DNA from: Nanobdellota archaeon
Lineage (GTDB): Archaea; Nanobdellota; Nanobdellia; Parvarchaeales; Parvarchaeaceae
Length of the DNA: 64,000 bases
Direction of reading: 5' to 3'
Assembly (NCBI GenBank): GCA_021800365.1
Contig: JAJYZA010000001.1
Span: 19,377-83,376 of the forward strand
Positions 9,430 to 18,556 of the stretch are shown one piece after another (position 1 is the stretch's first letter; each line of letters opens with the position of its first letter). Both the position numbers and the translations under genes were made by a program. The notes beneath the pieces were generated by a model. That model did not search any database and was not told the DNA's origin. It was given only the letters and a program-made list of their open reading frames with translations.

Positions 9430-10641
9430 ATGCTTGCTTGGCTATCTAATAAAGTAAGGTTAATTTTCTTAGCAAAAACGTTGCGGGTTTTCGGTTTCGG
9501 CTTTTTAAGCATAATTCTCCCGTTATACATGCTACAAATAGGTTATCCTACAATTATAATCGGCGCAGTTCTTTCGGCAGCTGTTTTTGGTAGCGTAATA
9601 TTCAATTTACTTGTAAGTAGATTTTCTGACGCGTATGGGAGGAAAAAATCATTGATAATTCTATCTATTCTTATGGCCGCATCGGCGCTACTGATGATAG
9701 CCAATATAAACTCGATATTCTTTATTATCGCAGCCTTTTTTGGATCTGTAAGTGTAACCGGGACCGAAACGGGCCCATTTCTAACTATAGAACAGCCGTC
9801 TATTACAGCTCAGGTAAATGAACAAAACAGAACGAAGGCTTATAGCGTTTATAATTTTTTAGGTTATTCTGCAGCGGCATTGGGTGCGCTTTTCAGTAGC
9901 ACCTCATCGTTTTTTAATAATATTTTATTCGGATACCGTGCCTTGCTTTATGTATATTTTGGAATAGCTATTGCGCTTGTTTTTATCTATTTTGCGCTTG
10001 GCAATGCCCTTGAGATACCTAAAAAGGAATCAAAATTTAAGATCTCGAAGAAAACAAAGAAAATTATAGTGAGATTAGCCGCTCTTTTTTCTATTGATGC
10101 ATTCGGGGGTGGATTTATTCTCCAAAGCATTTTAGTATTGTGGTTTAATTCTAGATATGGTATAAGTTTAGATAATCTTTCTCTTCTGTTATTATTTACA
10201 AACGTGATAACCGCTATCTCGGTTTTACTTGCGCCGTTAGTAGCGAAGAGGATTGGGCTTCTGAAGACAATGGTAATTCCCCACATAATATCTAATTTAG
10301 CGTTGATATCTATACCCCTAGTTCCGTCGCTATTTTATGCAATCACATTCTTGTTTATAAGACAGACTTTATCCCAGATGGATGTCCCAGCTAGGCAGTC
10401 TTATATGATGGCGATAGTAAAGTCACGTGAGAGGACTGCAACCGTTGGTATAACAAGTATACCTAGAAGTTTGTCACAGGGAATCAGTCCGACAATCTCT
10501 AGTTATTTCATAGGAAGTTTACAATATTCCTTACCATTCTTTTTATCCGGGTCACTAAAGCTCTTTTATGATATATCTGTATTTTTAAGTTTTAGAAAAA
10601 TAAAACCACCCGAAGAGAAAACAGGTAAAACAAAAATATAA
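9430..10641 (+). CDS. MFS transporter
   Basis: 12 predicted transmembrane segments and the D-A-Y-G-R-K-type loop (SDAYGRKKS) between TM2 and TM3 typical of the major facilitator superfamily. Confidence 0.6.
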   Translation: MLAWLSNKVRLIFLAKTLRVFGFGFLSIILPLYMLQIGYPTIIIGAVLSAAVFGSVIFNLLVSRFSDAYGRKKSLIILSILMAASALLMIANINSIFFIIAAFFGSVSVTGTETGPFLTIEQPSITAQVNEQNRTKAYSVYNFLGYSAAALGALFSSTSSFFNNILFGYRALLYVYFGIAIALVFIYFALGNALEIPKKESKFKISKKTKKIIVRLAALFSIDAFGGGFILQSILVLWFNSRYGISLDNLSLLLLFTNVITAISVLLAPLVAKRIGLLKTMVIPHIISNLALISIPLVPSLFYAITFLFIRQTLSQMDVPARQSYMMAIVKSRERTATVGITSIPRSLSQGISPTISSYFIGSLQYSLPFFLSGSLKLFYDISVFLSFRKIKPPEEKTGKTKI

Positions 10642-10726
10642 GGTATAAGAATTTGTAAAGCGATTTGAATAATAATATATAAAGGCTATAATACTTTAAA
10701 TATAAGATAATCCGAATAAAGACAAT

Positions 10727-11356
10727 ATGCCAGAAGATAAAATGAAAGAAACAGACGTACATAAAGAGGTGTTGGAAGTTAATGAAGAGCACCGACCGGG
10801 GAAAAGAAAATTTAAGTTGAAATTAATCTATATTCTAGCGGTTATTGTTATTCTCGTGGCATTAATCAGTACGGTGTATTTTCTTACAAGCGGATCTAAA
10901 ACCCAGGTAAATACCGTCGTTGCTGCGGGTGATAATGTAAGTATTTATTATACTGGTTCCTACCAAAACGGGACTGTTTTTAGTTCAAACATGGGTACGG
11001 GTCAGCCAATAAGTTTCATTGTTGGTGCGGGAAGTATGATAGCGGGCATTGATGATGGGGTCATTGGAATGAGGGTAGGGGAAAGTAAAATTCTAACTAT
11101 TCCACCTAACGAAGGGTATGGTTATATAAATGATACATTGCGTTCATTTTCAGCGCCTATAAAACAAATAGAAAACCTCAGCAAACAAGTTAACAATAAC
11201 TCTAATATCAGTGTAGGAGAACAATTTAACTTACACAATGGGTTTTTAATAAGAATTAGTTCATTAAACTCTACAAATGTAACTTTAGATTATTGGCCCC
11301 TATTAGCGGGATATACCTTGATCTTCAACGTAACCGTAGCCAGCATAAATCAATAA
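10727..11356 (+). CDS. FKBP-type peptidyl-prolyl cis-trans isomerase, membrane-anchored
   Basis: N-terminal transmembrane helix then GDNVSIYYTGSYQNGTVFSSN...GQPISFIVGAGSMIAGIDDGVIGMRVGESKILTIPPNEGYG, an FKBP signature. Confidence 0.7.
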   Translation: MPEDKMKETDVHKEVLEVNEEHRPGKRKFKLKLIYILAVIVILVALISTVYFLTSGSKTQVNTVVAAGDNVSIYYTGSYQNGTVFSSNMGTGQPISFIVGAGSMIAGIDDGVIGMRVGESKILTIPPNEGYGYINDTLRSFSAPIKQIENLSKQVNNNSNISVGEQFNLHNGFLIRISSLNSTNVTLDYWPLLAGYTLIFNVTVASINQ

Positions 11357-11453
11357 TCCTACTTCAAAAACGTAACTTTATTGGATACCCTTTTAGTCTT
11401 CTTCGTATTCTTATAAAGCAAACCTTTAATTTTAGAACTGCATAATTATTTAA

Positions 11454-13514
11454 ATGGATAATTCAAATTTTGATAAATTGTTTAATCCGGATAGCATAGC
11501 GGTTATAGGTGCCTCTAGAAATCCCAATAAAATCGGTAGTATAATACTTAAGAACTTGAGAATAACCTATCGAGGCAAGATATTTCCAGTAAACCCGTTC
11601 ATAAATGAAATCCAAGGTGTTAAAGCGTATCCAAAGGTATCTGAAATAAAAGAACCGCTCGATCTCGCGATTATTGCGATACCTTCCGAAAAGGTACTTC
11701 AGGTATTAAAAGACTGCGATAAAAAGAAAGTAAAATTTGCAATAGTTATAAGTGCTGGGTTTAAGGAAATTGGTAAAGAGGGGGAAAGATTAGAAATCGG
11801 TCTAATTAAGTTCTTAGATACGGCAAAAATTCGACTCATTGGACCAAATTGTCTCGGGGTCATAAATACTAATCCGGCTTATAATGCCACCTTTATGGAT
11901 CCCGAATCAAAGCCGCTCGAAGGAAAAGCCGCGTTCATATCTCAAAGTGGCGCCTTGATGAGCGCAATTGCAGATGACGCTACGCTGGAAAAAATCGGTT
12001 TCAGTAAGATTATCAGTATAGGTAACGAAACTGACATTGATATATCGGACATGCTAAAAGCACTCCTCGTGGATCCAAATACCTCTGTAATAGCATTATA
12101 CCTAGAAGGAATAGAGAATGGGCGGGAATTCATAAAAAGTGCATTGGAAGTATCAAAGAAAAAAGTCGTAGTGGCATTAAAGGGTGGAAAATATAAAACT
12201 AGCGCTGCTGCAGCAGCATCGCATACTGGTTCTCTAGCGGGAAATGATATAAGTTATGAGTTGGCATTTAAAAGAAGTGGTGTAATTTCGGTATCAAATA
12301 TAGACGATCTATTCAATTTTATGCGTGATGCACCTAACTTAAAAGTAAATAGCGATGAAGTTATAATTGTAACCAATGCGGGTGGGGCTGGCGTACTTAC
12401 AACAGATAACATAACAAAAGAGGGTCTGAAGCTTGCTAAACTCGGTACAAATATAATAACAGAACTCGAGAAAGTTTTACCAAAAGAAGCCAATACACAT
12501 AATCCTATCGATATACTCGGTGACTCCACACCAAAGCGTTATAAAGAGACGTTAGAAATCATAGCAAAACTAAATAAACCAATAATAGTTTTATTCTCAC
12601 CACAAGAAACTTCTATGCCTATAGAAACCGCAAAAGAAATATCTGAGATAAAACTACAAAATAGAGAGCTACCAATATTGTCGGTTTTTCTTGGAGGAAC
12701 TAGAGTAGAAAAAGCAAGACACATTCTACGAGATAATGGCCTTCCGGTGTATAACTACCCTCATGAAGCAGTCGATATAATAAAGGGGCTTTATAGCTAT
12801 AGCGCCTTTTTAGATCCAACCTTCTCCATGTACAATAAAGAGAAGATTAAGAAAGTGGAATTTAAATTTAAAGAAAATCTTTTCGGGCTCGGCGCGAAGG
12901 TTATCTTAGACAAACTTAACCTGCACACCGTTGATGGAGTTGAATTCAAAAACGAGACGACGCTTAGAAGAGCAGTAAGGGCGACCGGCTATCCATGTGT
13001 AATGAAACTTGGTTCAAATAAAATAGCACATAAAGGAGAGATCGGCGGTATTGTAGTCGACATAAAAAATGAAAAAGAATTAATTAAAGCATTTAATTCG
13101 ATAAGGGACAAAGCGGTCGAAAACCGTGTAAAACCAACACATTATGAACTCTATAAAGATGCAAATCGGGGAGAAAAAGCCAAAGTAGAACTCCTGCTCG
13201 GTGCCCATCGCGATTCACAGTTTGGTTCGCTTATAGGGGTGGGTTTAGGAGGAGAATACGCAAACATACTAAAAGAGACGGAATTTCTGCTTTCTCCTCC
13301 ATCAGATGGCGACATTTCAAAATTCAAGAGCTCTAAAATCGGTAGGCTTATAAATGAGGCCACAAAACCTAAGGTCTTCTCTGAGATCATTAGTTACATG
13401 CTAAAACTGGCCCGGTTCATGGAGGATAATCCGTCGGTTAAAGACATAGATATAAATCCGCTATTCTTATTCGATGACGGCGTGGTCGCAACGGATTTCA
13501 AAATATTCGTCTAA
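11454..13514 (+). CDS. acd: acetyl-CoA synthetase (ADP-forming), fused alpha/beta subunits
   Basis: 686 aa. CoA-binding N-domain (IAVIGASRNPNKIGS, IGPNCLGVINT), succinyl-CoA-synthetase-like flavodoxin domain and C-terminal ATP-grasp domain. Confidence 0.8.
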   Translation: MDNSNFDKLFNPDSIAVIGASRNPNKIGSIILKNLRITYRGKIFPVNPFINEIQGVKAYPKVSEIKEPLDLAIIAIPSEKVLQVLKDCDKKKVKFAIVISAGFKEIGKEGERLEIGLIKFLDTAKIRLIGPNCLGVINTNPAYNATFMDPESKPLEGKAAFISQSGALMSAIADDATLEKIGFSKIISIGNETDIDISDMLKALLVDPNTSVIALYLEGIENGREFIKSALEVSKKKVVVALKGGKYKTSAAAAASHTGSLAGNDISYELAFKRSGVISVSNIDDLFNFMRDAPNLKVNSDEVIIVTNAGGAGVLTTDNITKEGLKLAKLGTNIITELEKVLPKEANTHNPIDILGDSTPKRYKETLEIIAKLNKPIIVLFSPQETSMPIETAKEISEIKLQNRELPILSVFLGGTRVEKARHILRDNGLPVYNYPHEAVDIIKGLYSYSAFLDPTFSMYNKEKIKKVEFKFKENLFGLGAKVILDKLNLHTVDGVEFKNETTLRRAVRATGYPCVMKLGSNKIAHKGEIGGIVVDIKNEKELIKAFNSIRDKAVENRVKPTHYELYKDANRGEKAKVELLLGAHRDSQFGSLIGVGLGGEYANILKETEFLLSPPSDGDISKFKSSKIGRLINEATKPKVFSEIISYMLKLARFMEDNPSVKDIDINPLFLFDDGVVATDFKIFV

Positions 13515-13538
13515 AACTAAAAATAGCTTTTGTTTGTT

Positions 13539-13566
13539 AAAACGTTGCCCAGTAGCAACGTTTTTT
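13539..13566 (+). terminator. perfect 10-bp hairpin followed by a T-tract
   Basis: AAAACGTTGC-CCAGTA-GCAACGTTTT followed by TTAT, 25 nt downstream of the acd stop. Intrinsic-terminator-like. Confidence 0.5.
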
Positions 13567-13590
13567 ATAGTAAAAACTCCCAGTAAAGAT

Positions 13591-13881
13591 ATGGATACTG
13601 TACTCGCAATCGGTCTCGCTGCCGGCACGCTAACAACAATCGGCTATGTACCTCAACTGGCGAAGATAATACGTACTAAATCTGCGAGGGACGTTTCACT
13701 GATGATGTTTCTGATTATCTCTATCGGTGTATTTTTATGGTTTTTATATGGCTTATATATCAACTCGCTTCCCGTAATAATTGCAAATGTCGCGGTACTT
13801 GCATTAACTATATCGATTGCCTTTTTCAAGATTAAGTATTTAAAACGTGAAAAACTCACAAATCGAAAGTCGTCTAATTAA
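13591..13881 (+). CDS. SemiSWEET / PQ-loop family transporter
   Basis: About 96 aa, 3 transmembrane segments, GYVPQLAKIIRTKSARDVSLMMF...LWFLYG. The listed ORF at 13474 is an over-extended start, so the ATG at 13591 was chosen. Confidence 0.6.
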   Translation: MDTVLAIGLAAGTLTTIGYVPQLAKIIRTKSARDVSLMMFLIISIGVFLWFLYGLYINSLPVIIANVAVLALTISIAFFKIKYLKREKLTNRKSSN

Positions 13882-13963
13882 ACGCTTTCTTTACAGAACA
13901 TCGATTATTGTTGCATATATCGCATTAAGTAACTTTTATTAAATTATACCAATATAAGATTGT

Positions 13964-15487
13964 ATGGTAAAAATAGAACTAAGTGAATATTTTTCGGAAA
14001 TTTATGAGAAAGGCGATGTACCTAGATTTAAAGTTTTTATAGACGGAAAATGGGTTTCTACAAAAAATCGACTTGATCTTATAAGTCCAATCGATGGGAG
14101 AAAAAGTGCTGAGATAAGTAATGTATCTTTTGATGATATGGAGAAGGCAATTCAGTCTGCATCTTCCAAAAAAGATAAGATAAGAAATATGGCGGCCATA
14201 GATAGGATTGAATTAATGAATACAGTAAGAAAAGAACTAGAGAAACATAGAGATGAGATAGTCGGAGTGTTGATTGCTGAGTCCGGCAAAGCATATAACT
14301 CTGCCATCGGAGAATTCAATGCGATGCTCGAAAGAATGCGTCTTAGCATGGAGGACTCGCGTAAGATATTGGGAGAATATCTACCGGGAGATTGGTCAAG
14401 TGATACTGCGCAGAAAATAGCATTGGTTATACGAGAACCGATTGGAGTAGTCCTTGGGATATCGCCATTCAATTATCCGATTTATACCTCAGTAGCTAAA
14501 ATTCTTCCGGCACTTTTAGCTGGAAATTCAGTGGTTATAAAACCACCCAGCGCCGACCCCATAGCATTTATGATGTGCATGGAAATTTTCAGAAAAATGG
14601 GCGTTCCTTCTGGCACGCTTCAAGTTTTGACTGGCAGTGGCGAAGAAAGAGGGGACTATCTAGTTACAAATGAAAAAATTAATATGGTAAGTTTTACCGG
14701 CAGTACAGTTGTTGGCAAGCATATCTCCAGTATAGCGGGTCTAAGAAAAATACACTTAGAGCTCGGTGGAAAAGCTGCTGCAATTGTGTTAGAAGACGCC
14801 GAATTGGAACTAGCAGCCAAGGAATGCATAAAGGGATCACTAGAACTTGCGGGACAGAGATGCGATGCAATAAGCCGTATACTGGTGGTTCAAAAAGTGT
14901 ATGATAAGTTTGTAGACAAATTAAAATCTCATATCTCAGACTACAGTTTTGGAAACCCGTTGGATGGAAAGGCCATAACCCTCGGCCCGGTCATAAGCAC
15001 TAAAGCGGCAAAAAGGATAGATGACCTAGTGCAAGACGCCGCAAAAAAGGGCGCAAAAATAATGTGCGGTGGAAAATACAACGATGCGTATTACGAACCT
15101 ACGTTACTAATCGACGTGCCATTAAATGCTGATATTGCAAATGAAGAAACGTTTGGACCAGTTATCACGGTTATAAAAGTGAAAGACCTTGATGAAGCTG
15201 TAAGAGTTGCCAATAATTCAAAATATGGTCTGGATTCCTGTGTATTCACAGAAGACTTCTACAGTGCATGGGAAGTCATGAAAATCTTACAAGTTGGCAA
15301 TGTTACCTTAAATTCAGCACCGTCGCATGGAACCGCCTATTTCCCATTCGGGGGGATAAAGGATTCAGGCCAGGGAAAAGAGGGAGTTGGTTATAGTATC
15401 GAGGAGATGACTGTGATGAAGACAGTAATATTTAATTTGGCACCGAAAAACCTAGGCAAAAAGTACACCGGCGCCTTTAAGGACTAA
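13964..15487 (+). CDS. NAD(P)-dependent aldehyde dehydrogenase (GapN-like)
   Basis: 507 aa. ELGGKAAAIVL and catalytic-Cys context GQRCDAISRILV. ALDH-superfamily length and motifs. Confidence 0.8.
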   Translation: MVKIELSEYFSEIYEKGDVPRFKVFIDGKWVSTKNRLDLISPIDGRKSAEISNVSFDDMEKAIQSASSKKDKIRNMAAIDRIELMNTVRKELEKHRDEIVGVLIAESGKAYNSAIGEFNAMLERMRLSMEDSRKILGEYLPGDWSSDTAQKIALVIREPIGVVLGISPFNYPIYTSVAKILPALLAGNSVVIKPPSADPIAFMMCMEIFRKMGVPSGTLQVLTGSGEERGDYLVTNEKINMVSFTGSTVVGKHISSIAGLRKIHLELGGKAAAIVLEDAELELAAKECIKGSLELAGQRCDAISRILVVQKVYDKFVDKLKSHISDYSFGNPLDGKAITLGPVISTKAAKRIDDLVQDAAKKGAKIMCGGKYNDAYYEPTLLIDVPLNADIANEETFGPVITVIKVKDLDEAVRVANNSKYGLDSCVFTEDFYSAWEVMKILQVGNVTLNSAPSHGTAYFPFGGIKDSGQGKEGVGYSIEEMTVMKTVIFNLAPKNLGKKYTGAFKD

Positions 15488-15488
15488 T

Positions 15489-15764
15489 ATGAGAATTGAG
15501 AAAAAAGTACAAAGTAAATATTTTAATTCAGTTTTATGCGGAAGAAAACAGTTCGAGGTAAGACTGGCCGACTTTAAGTGTAAATCGGGCGATACACTTA
15601 TTCTTAAGGAACAGAAATTAAATTCGAAAGAATTGACTGGAAGAACGCTGCAGTGCGAGATTTTATACAAATTAAATACAAAAAATGTAGAGAAATTCTA
15701 TTCCAAAAAAGATATAGAAAAATATGGATTAATAATCTTTTCAATTAGACGAAAGTACAAATAA
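15489..15764 (+). CDS. small ASCH/PUA-like domain protein
   Basis: 91 aa. YFNSVLCGRKQFEVRLADFKCKSGDTLILKE resembles an ASCH beta-barrel. Confidence 0.3.
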   Translation: MRIEKKVQSKYFNSVLCGRKQFEVRLADFKCKSGDTLILKEQKLNSKELTGRTLQCEILYKLNTKNVEKFYSKKDIEKYGLIIFSIRRKYK

Positions 15765-15791
15765 AGATTAAACCGGCTTACAAAGACAATC

Positions 15792-16613
15792 TCACTTTAA
15801 AAAATATGGTCTAATTAGACTTTCTAGATATCCTATCAAACTAATTAGATTACGTATTGGCTGATGTGTACCGAAGATCTCGTTTAAACTTATAGGTAGC
15901 ATCACTCCGCTTGGTAAGTTAATTTTTTGATAGCAATTCTCGGTTGGTTTCTTAAAGTTGGTGCGGTATTTATCAACTAGTGCCGGATAGACTGAAGTTA
16001 TTAATTTTTTAGCATCGTCTATGTCTAAATCTCCTCTAAAGTTTAATAGCCTATTCTGCCAGGATTTTAATTTTATATATAAAAGTATATCGGGATTCGT
16101 TACTAGCATACTTTTATGCGTCGATGCTATTGGAAACCTTACGGCAGAGGATACTATTTTCTTAAAATCCATATCATAAACCACCTTCGTGATTTCAAAT
16201 AAATCTACTTCGATCTTCTCCTTTTTGGTTTCATTTTTATAAATATAAAAATGGTATGTCTCTGTTTTTATAAACGGATTAAAATCCCTTTTATCATAAA
16301 CAAAACCTGCTTTCTTTAGTGAATCAATATAGGGTTTTATAGATAACCTAGATGACGACCTTATCAAAAAGTCTAAATCGCCTACACTTCTGTCAAAATA
16401 ATAACACAATGCGCTACTTCCGAAAACTATTACATTTTCCTCACCGAAAACGTCGATGAGTCGAAGACACACGTTTTCTATTTCACTTTTCGATATCACA
16501 TATGGATGGGCTTTGACTACGGGAAAAATCGGCACTGACTTTAATAAAATTTTATCCAAACCGTTTTTCCGTAGGATTTTAATCTCTTTGTAAATAGATG
16601 ATAAGATACTCAT
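15792..16613 (-). CDS. Pol-beta-superfamily nucleotidyltransferase domain protein
   Basis: VIVFGSSALCYYFDRSVGDLDFLI (GS...DxD) followed by an alpha-helical C-terminal domain. 273 aa. Immediately adjacent to tRNA-Ser. Confidence 0.4.
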   Translation of the reverse strand: MSILSSIYKEIKILRKNGLDKILLKSVPIFPVVKAHPYVISKSEIENVCLRLIDVFGEENVIVFGSSALCYYFDRSVGDLDFLIRSSSRLSIKPYIDSLKKAGFVYDKRDFNPFIKTETYHFYIYKNETKKEKIEVDLFEITKVVYDMDFKKIVSSAVRFPIASTHKSMLVTNPDILLYIKLKSWQNRLLNFRGDLDIDDAKKLITSVYPALVDKYRTNFKKPTENCYQKINLPSGVMLPISLNEIFGTHQPIRNLISLIGYLESLIRPYFLK

Positions 16614-16785
16614 TTTTCTGTATGAAGATAACTATTATTTATAGTTTATTTTTATAACAAAATTTGTATCTGCTGTTGAGTATAACAATGCACAGAAAAG
16701 ACCTAAAGGCTTATTATTATAATAATAAGAAAATAATCGAAGTAGAGACGGCGGAGAAAATGTAACACTCGATCATATTAAAATC

Positions 16786-16880
16786 CGCTGGGTGCAGGAT
16801 TCGAACCTACGCATCCTTACGGAAATCGGTTTACTTGCAGCTTCTCAAGACCGACGCTTTAACCACTCAGCCAACCCAGC
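16786..16880 (-). tRNA. tRNA-Ser(UGA), class II, with about 12-nt intron
   Basis: Reverse complement GCTGGGT-TG-GCT-GAGTGGTTAA-AGC-G-TCGGT-CTTGAG[A]...ACCGA, variable arm TTTCCGTAAGGATGC, T-arm GTAGG-TTCGAAT-CCTGC, discriminator G. There are 19 nt between the anticodon stem halves, implying a 12-nt canonical 37/38 intron, and CTTG pairs with CAAG in the intron. Confidence 0.6.
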
Positions 16881-16932
16881 ATAATCATTATTATGAAACC
16901 ACTATTTTATATTAGTTCTGCTAAGTTATGTT

Positions 16933-17748
16933 ATGCGATTAAAAGTTAAAGACTTCTCCTTGGATAAAAATTTGACGGCCGGGCAAACTTTCTGCTGGAC
17001 GCATAGTAATGATGCGTGGTTTTCATTTATAGATAGACCAATAAAAGTAAAACAAATAGGTGATGTTTTAGAATATTATGGTTGCAGTGAGATTGAACTT
17101 AGAACACGTCTTGGCCTTAATGACGACATAAATTCAATAAAAACTGAGTTAGACAAAGATGATTTAATCGACAGAGCGATAAATTATTCTAATGGATTAA
17201 GAATTACTAAAGACGGGCTCTGGCCAGCGACCTTGAGTTTTATTCTTTCTATACAGTCCAATATACTGTTGATACAAAGGCGCATCTTAACCCTATCAAA
17301 GGCTTACGGAAACAACATAATTTTTATGGGCGAAGAGCTATATAGTTTTCCACGATACGAAGAGATAGTAGGGAAAGGAATAGGGTTTTTAAATGGAATG
17401 AAGCTAGGTTTTAGAACTAGGTTTGTAATGTCCGCAGCGGAATATTTTTATAATCACGAACTATCAGAACGCTTTAACCAAGAAGACATAAAGAAACAAC
17501 TTTTGAGTATAGTTGGCATTGGCGACAAAGTTTTAGACTGTATCCTCCTGTACGGTCTGCACGACTTAAGTGCTTTCCCGATGGACGTATGGATGTTACG
17601 CATATTAGCGAAATACTATGATAAAATCTTAAATAAGGCGAAAAGCTACAAAGACAAACGCGATACGATGGTCAATTATTTCGGAAATTACGCTGGCTAT
17701 GCACAGCTTTTTCTTTATAATTATGCACGACTGAATGGGCTGGAATAA
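16933..17748 (+). CDS. ogg: Ogg-family 8-oxoguanine DNA glycosylase/lyase (HhH-GPD)
   Basis: HhH-GPD segment VGIGDKVLDCILLYGLHDLSAFPMDVWMLRIL with catalytic Lys and Asp. 271 aa. Confidence 0.55.
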   Translation: MRLKVKDFSLDKNLTAGQTFCWTHSNDAWFSFIDRPIKVKQIGDVLEYYGCSEIELRTRLGLNDDINSIKTELDKDDLIDRAINYSNGLRITKDGLWPATLSFILSIQSNILLIQRRILTLSKAYGNNIIFMGEELYSFPRYEEIVGKGIGFLNGMKLGFRTRFVMSAAEYFYNHELSERFNQEDIKKQLLSIVGIGDKVLDCILLYGLHDLSAFPMDVWMLRILAKYYDKILNKAKSYKDKRDTMVNYFGNYAGYAQLFLYNYARLNGLE

Positions 17749-17774
17749 GTTGTTTTATATCGCTATTGTGCAAT

Positions 17775-17790
17775 AGTAAAGTATTTATAT
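17775..17790 (+). promoter_or_regulatory. BRE/TATA-like promoter motif AGTAAAGTATTTATAT
   Basis: Exact copy of the 16-mer at 8485..8500, 22 nt upstream of the ATG at 17812. Confidence 0.5.
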
Positions 17791-17811
17791 TAGTTTATCT
17801 CTTATACTTGC

Positions 17812-18234
17812 ATGGAAAATGATAAAGAGTTGGATGAATTAGTGGCTAAAGAAGACGCTGGACTACCCCCGCGACAACGTATTTATCCGGCAGACTGTAA
17901 AGAAGCGGGTGGCATTTGTACGCGTGCTTATTCTCCGTTTAAGAGGCTTATTGGATTTATAAGCGGGATTAGGTACGGTGATTATAAACCTCGGGAAGCC
18001 GGTATATCAACCCAGTATTTTAACAATCCAATGGAGGCCACACGAAAGATGGTTTCCGAAGACAATGCAGAACGTGCTTACCGAGTGGATTTGGCGTACC
18101 GATCAAATTTAAGCGTATTGCACGCCTTTGCGCAGGCCGATGATGCAATAAAAAGTAGCCAAACGGCCATTGATGCGTTTTTCAAAGAGCAGAAAGAACA
18201 AGTCGAAGGGAAAGAAGATGAAATTGAAACTTAA
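17812..18234 (+). CDS. hypothetical protein
   Basis: 140 aa, acidic termini, no recognisable motif. Its stop overlaps the start of the next ORF. Confidence 0.3.
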   Translation: MENDKELDELVAKEDAGLPPRQRIYPADCKEAGGICTRAYSPFKRLIGFISGIRYGDYKPREAGISTQYFNNPMEATRKMVSEDNAERAYRVDLAYRSNLSVLHAFAQADDAIKSSQTAIDAFFKEQKEQVEGKEDEIET

Positions 18235-18556
18235 GGAAATATTGAAAAGAGCCGTAGAAATAGGTGGTGAGGGATTAAAAAGTTATCTAACCTACCCAAG
18301 CAAATTCGGTTATTATGGTCAGTCGGCACATCTTAATAATGATAGCGCGGGCGAATTAAGTGCGGTGGCTTCAGAGCTACTATGTGTAGGTACAGAGTCC
18401 CTAGCATATTGGGGGTTGGTACTCGGCTTAACTGGCTCTCCTTATCTATCTCTCGGAGCTGGCGTTACGGTTACGCTAGGCAGAAGCATGCAATATATGT
18501 CGGGATTCAAAAAGAGAAAGGTGGAAGAGAAATTTCATTCGACTAACTGGGTCTAA
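18215..18556 (+). CDS. hypothetical Gly/Ser-rich small protein
   Basis: About 113 aa starting MKLKLKEILK. The start ATG lies in the ATGAAATTGAAACTTAA overlap with the preceding ORF. Gly-rich and hydrophobic in the middle. Confidence 0.3.
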   Translation, partial: KMKLKLKEILKRAVEIGGEGLKSYLTYPSKFGYYGQSAHLNNDSAGELSAVASELLCVGTESLAYWGLVLGLTGSPYLSLGAGVTVTLGRSMQYMSGFKKRKVEEKFHSTNWV

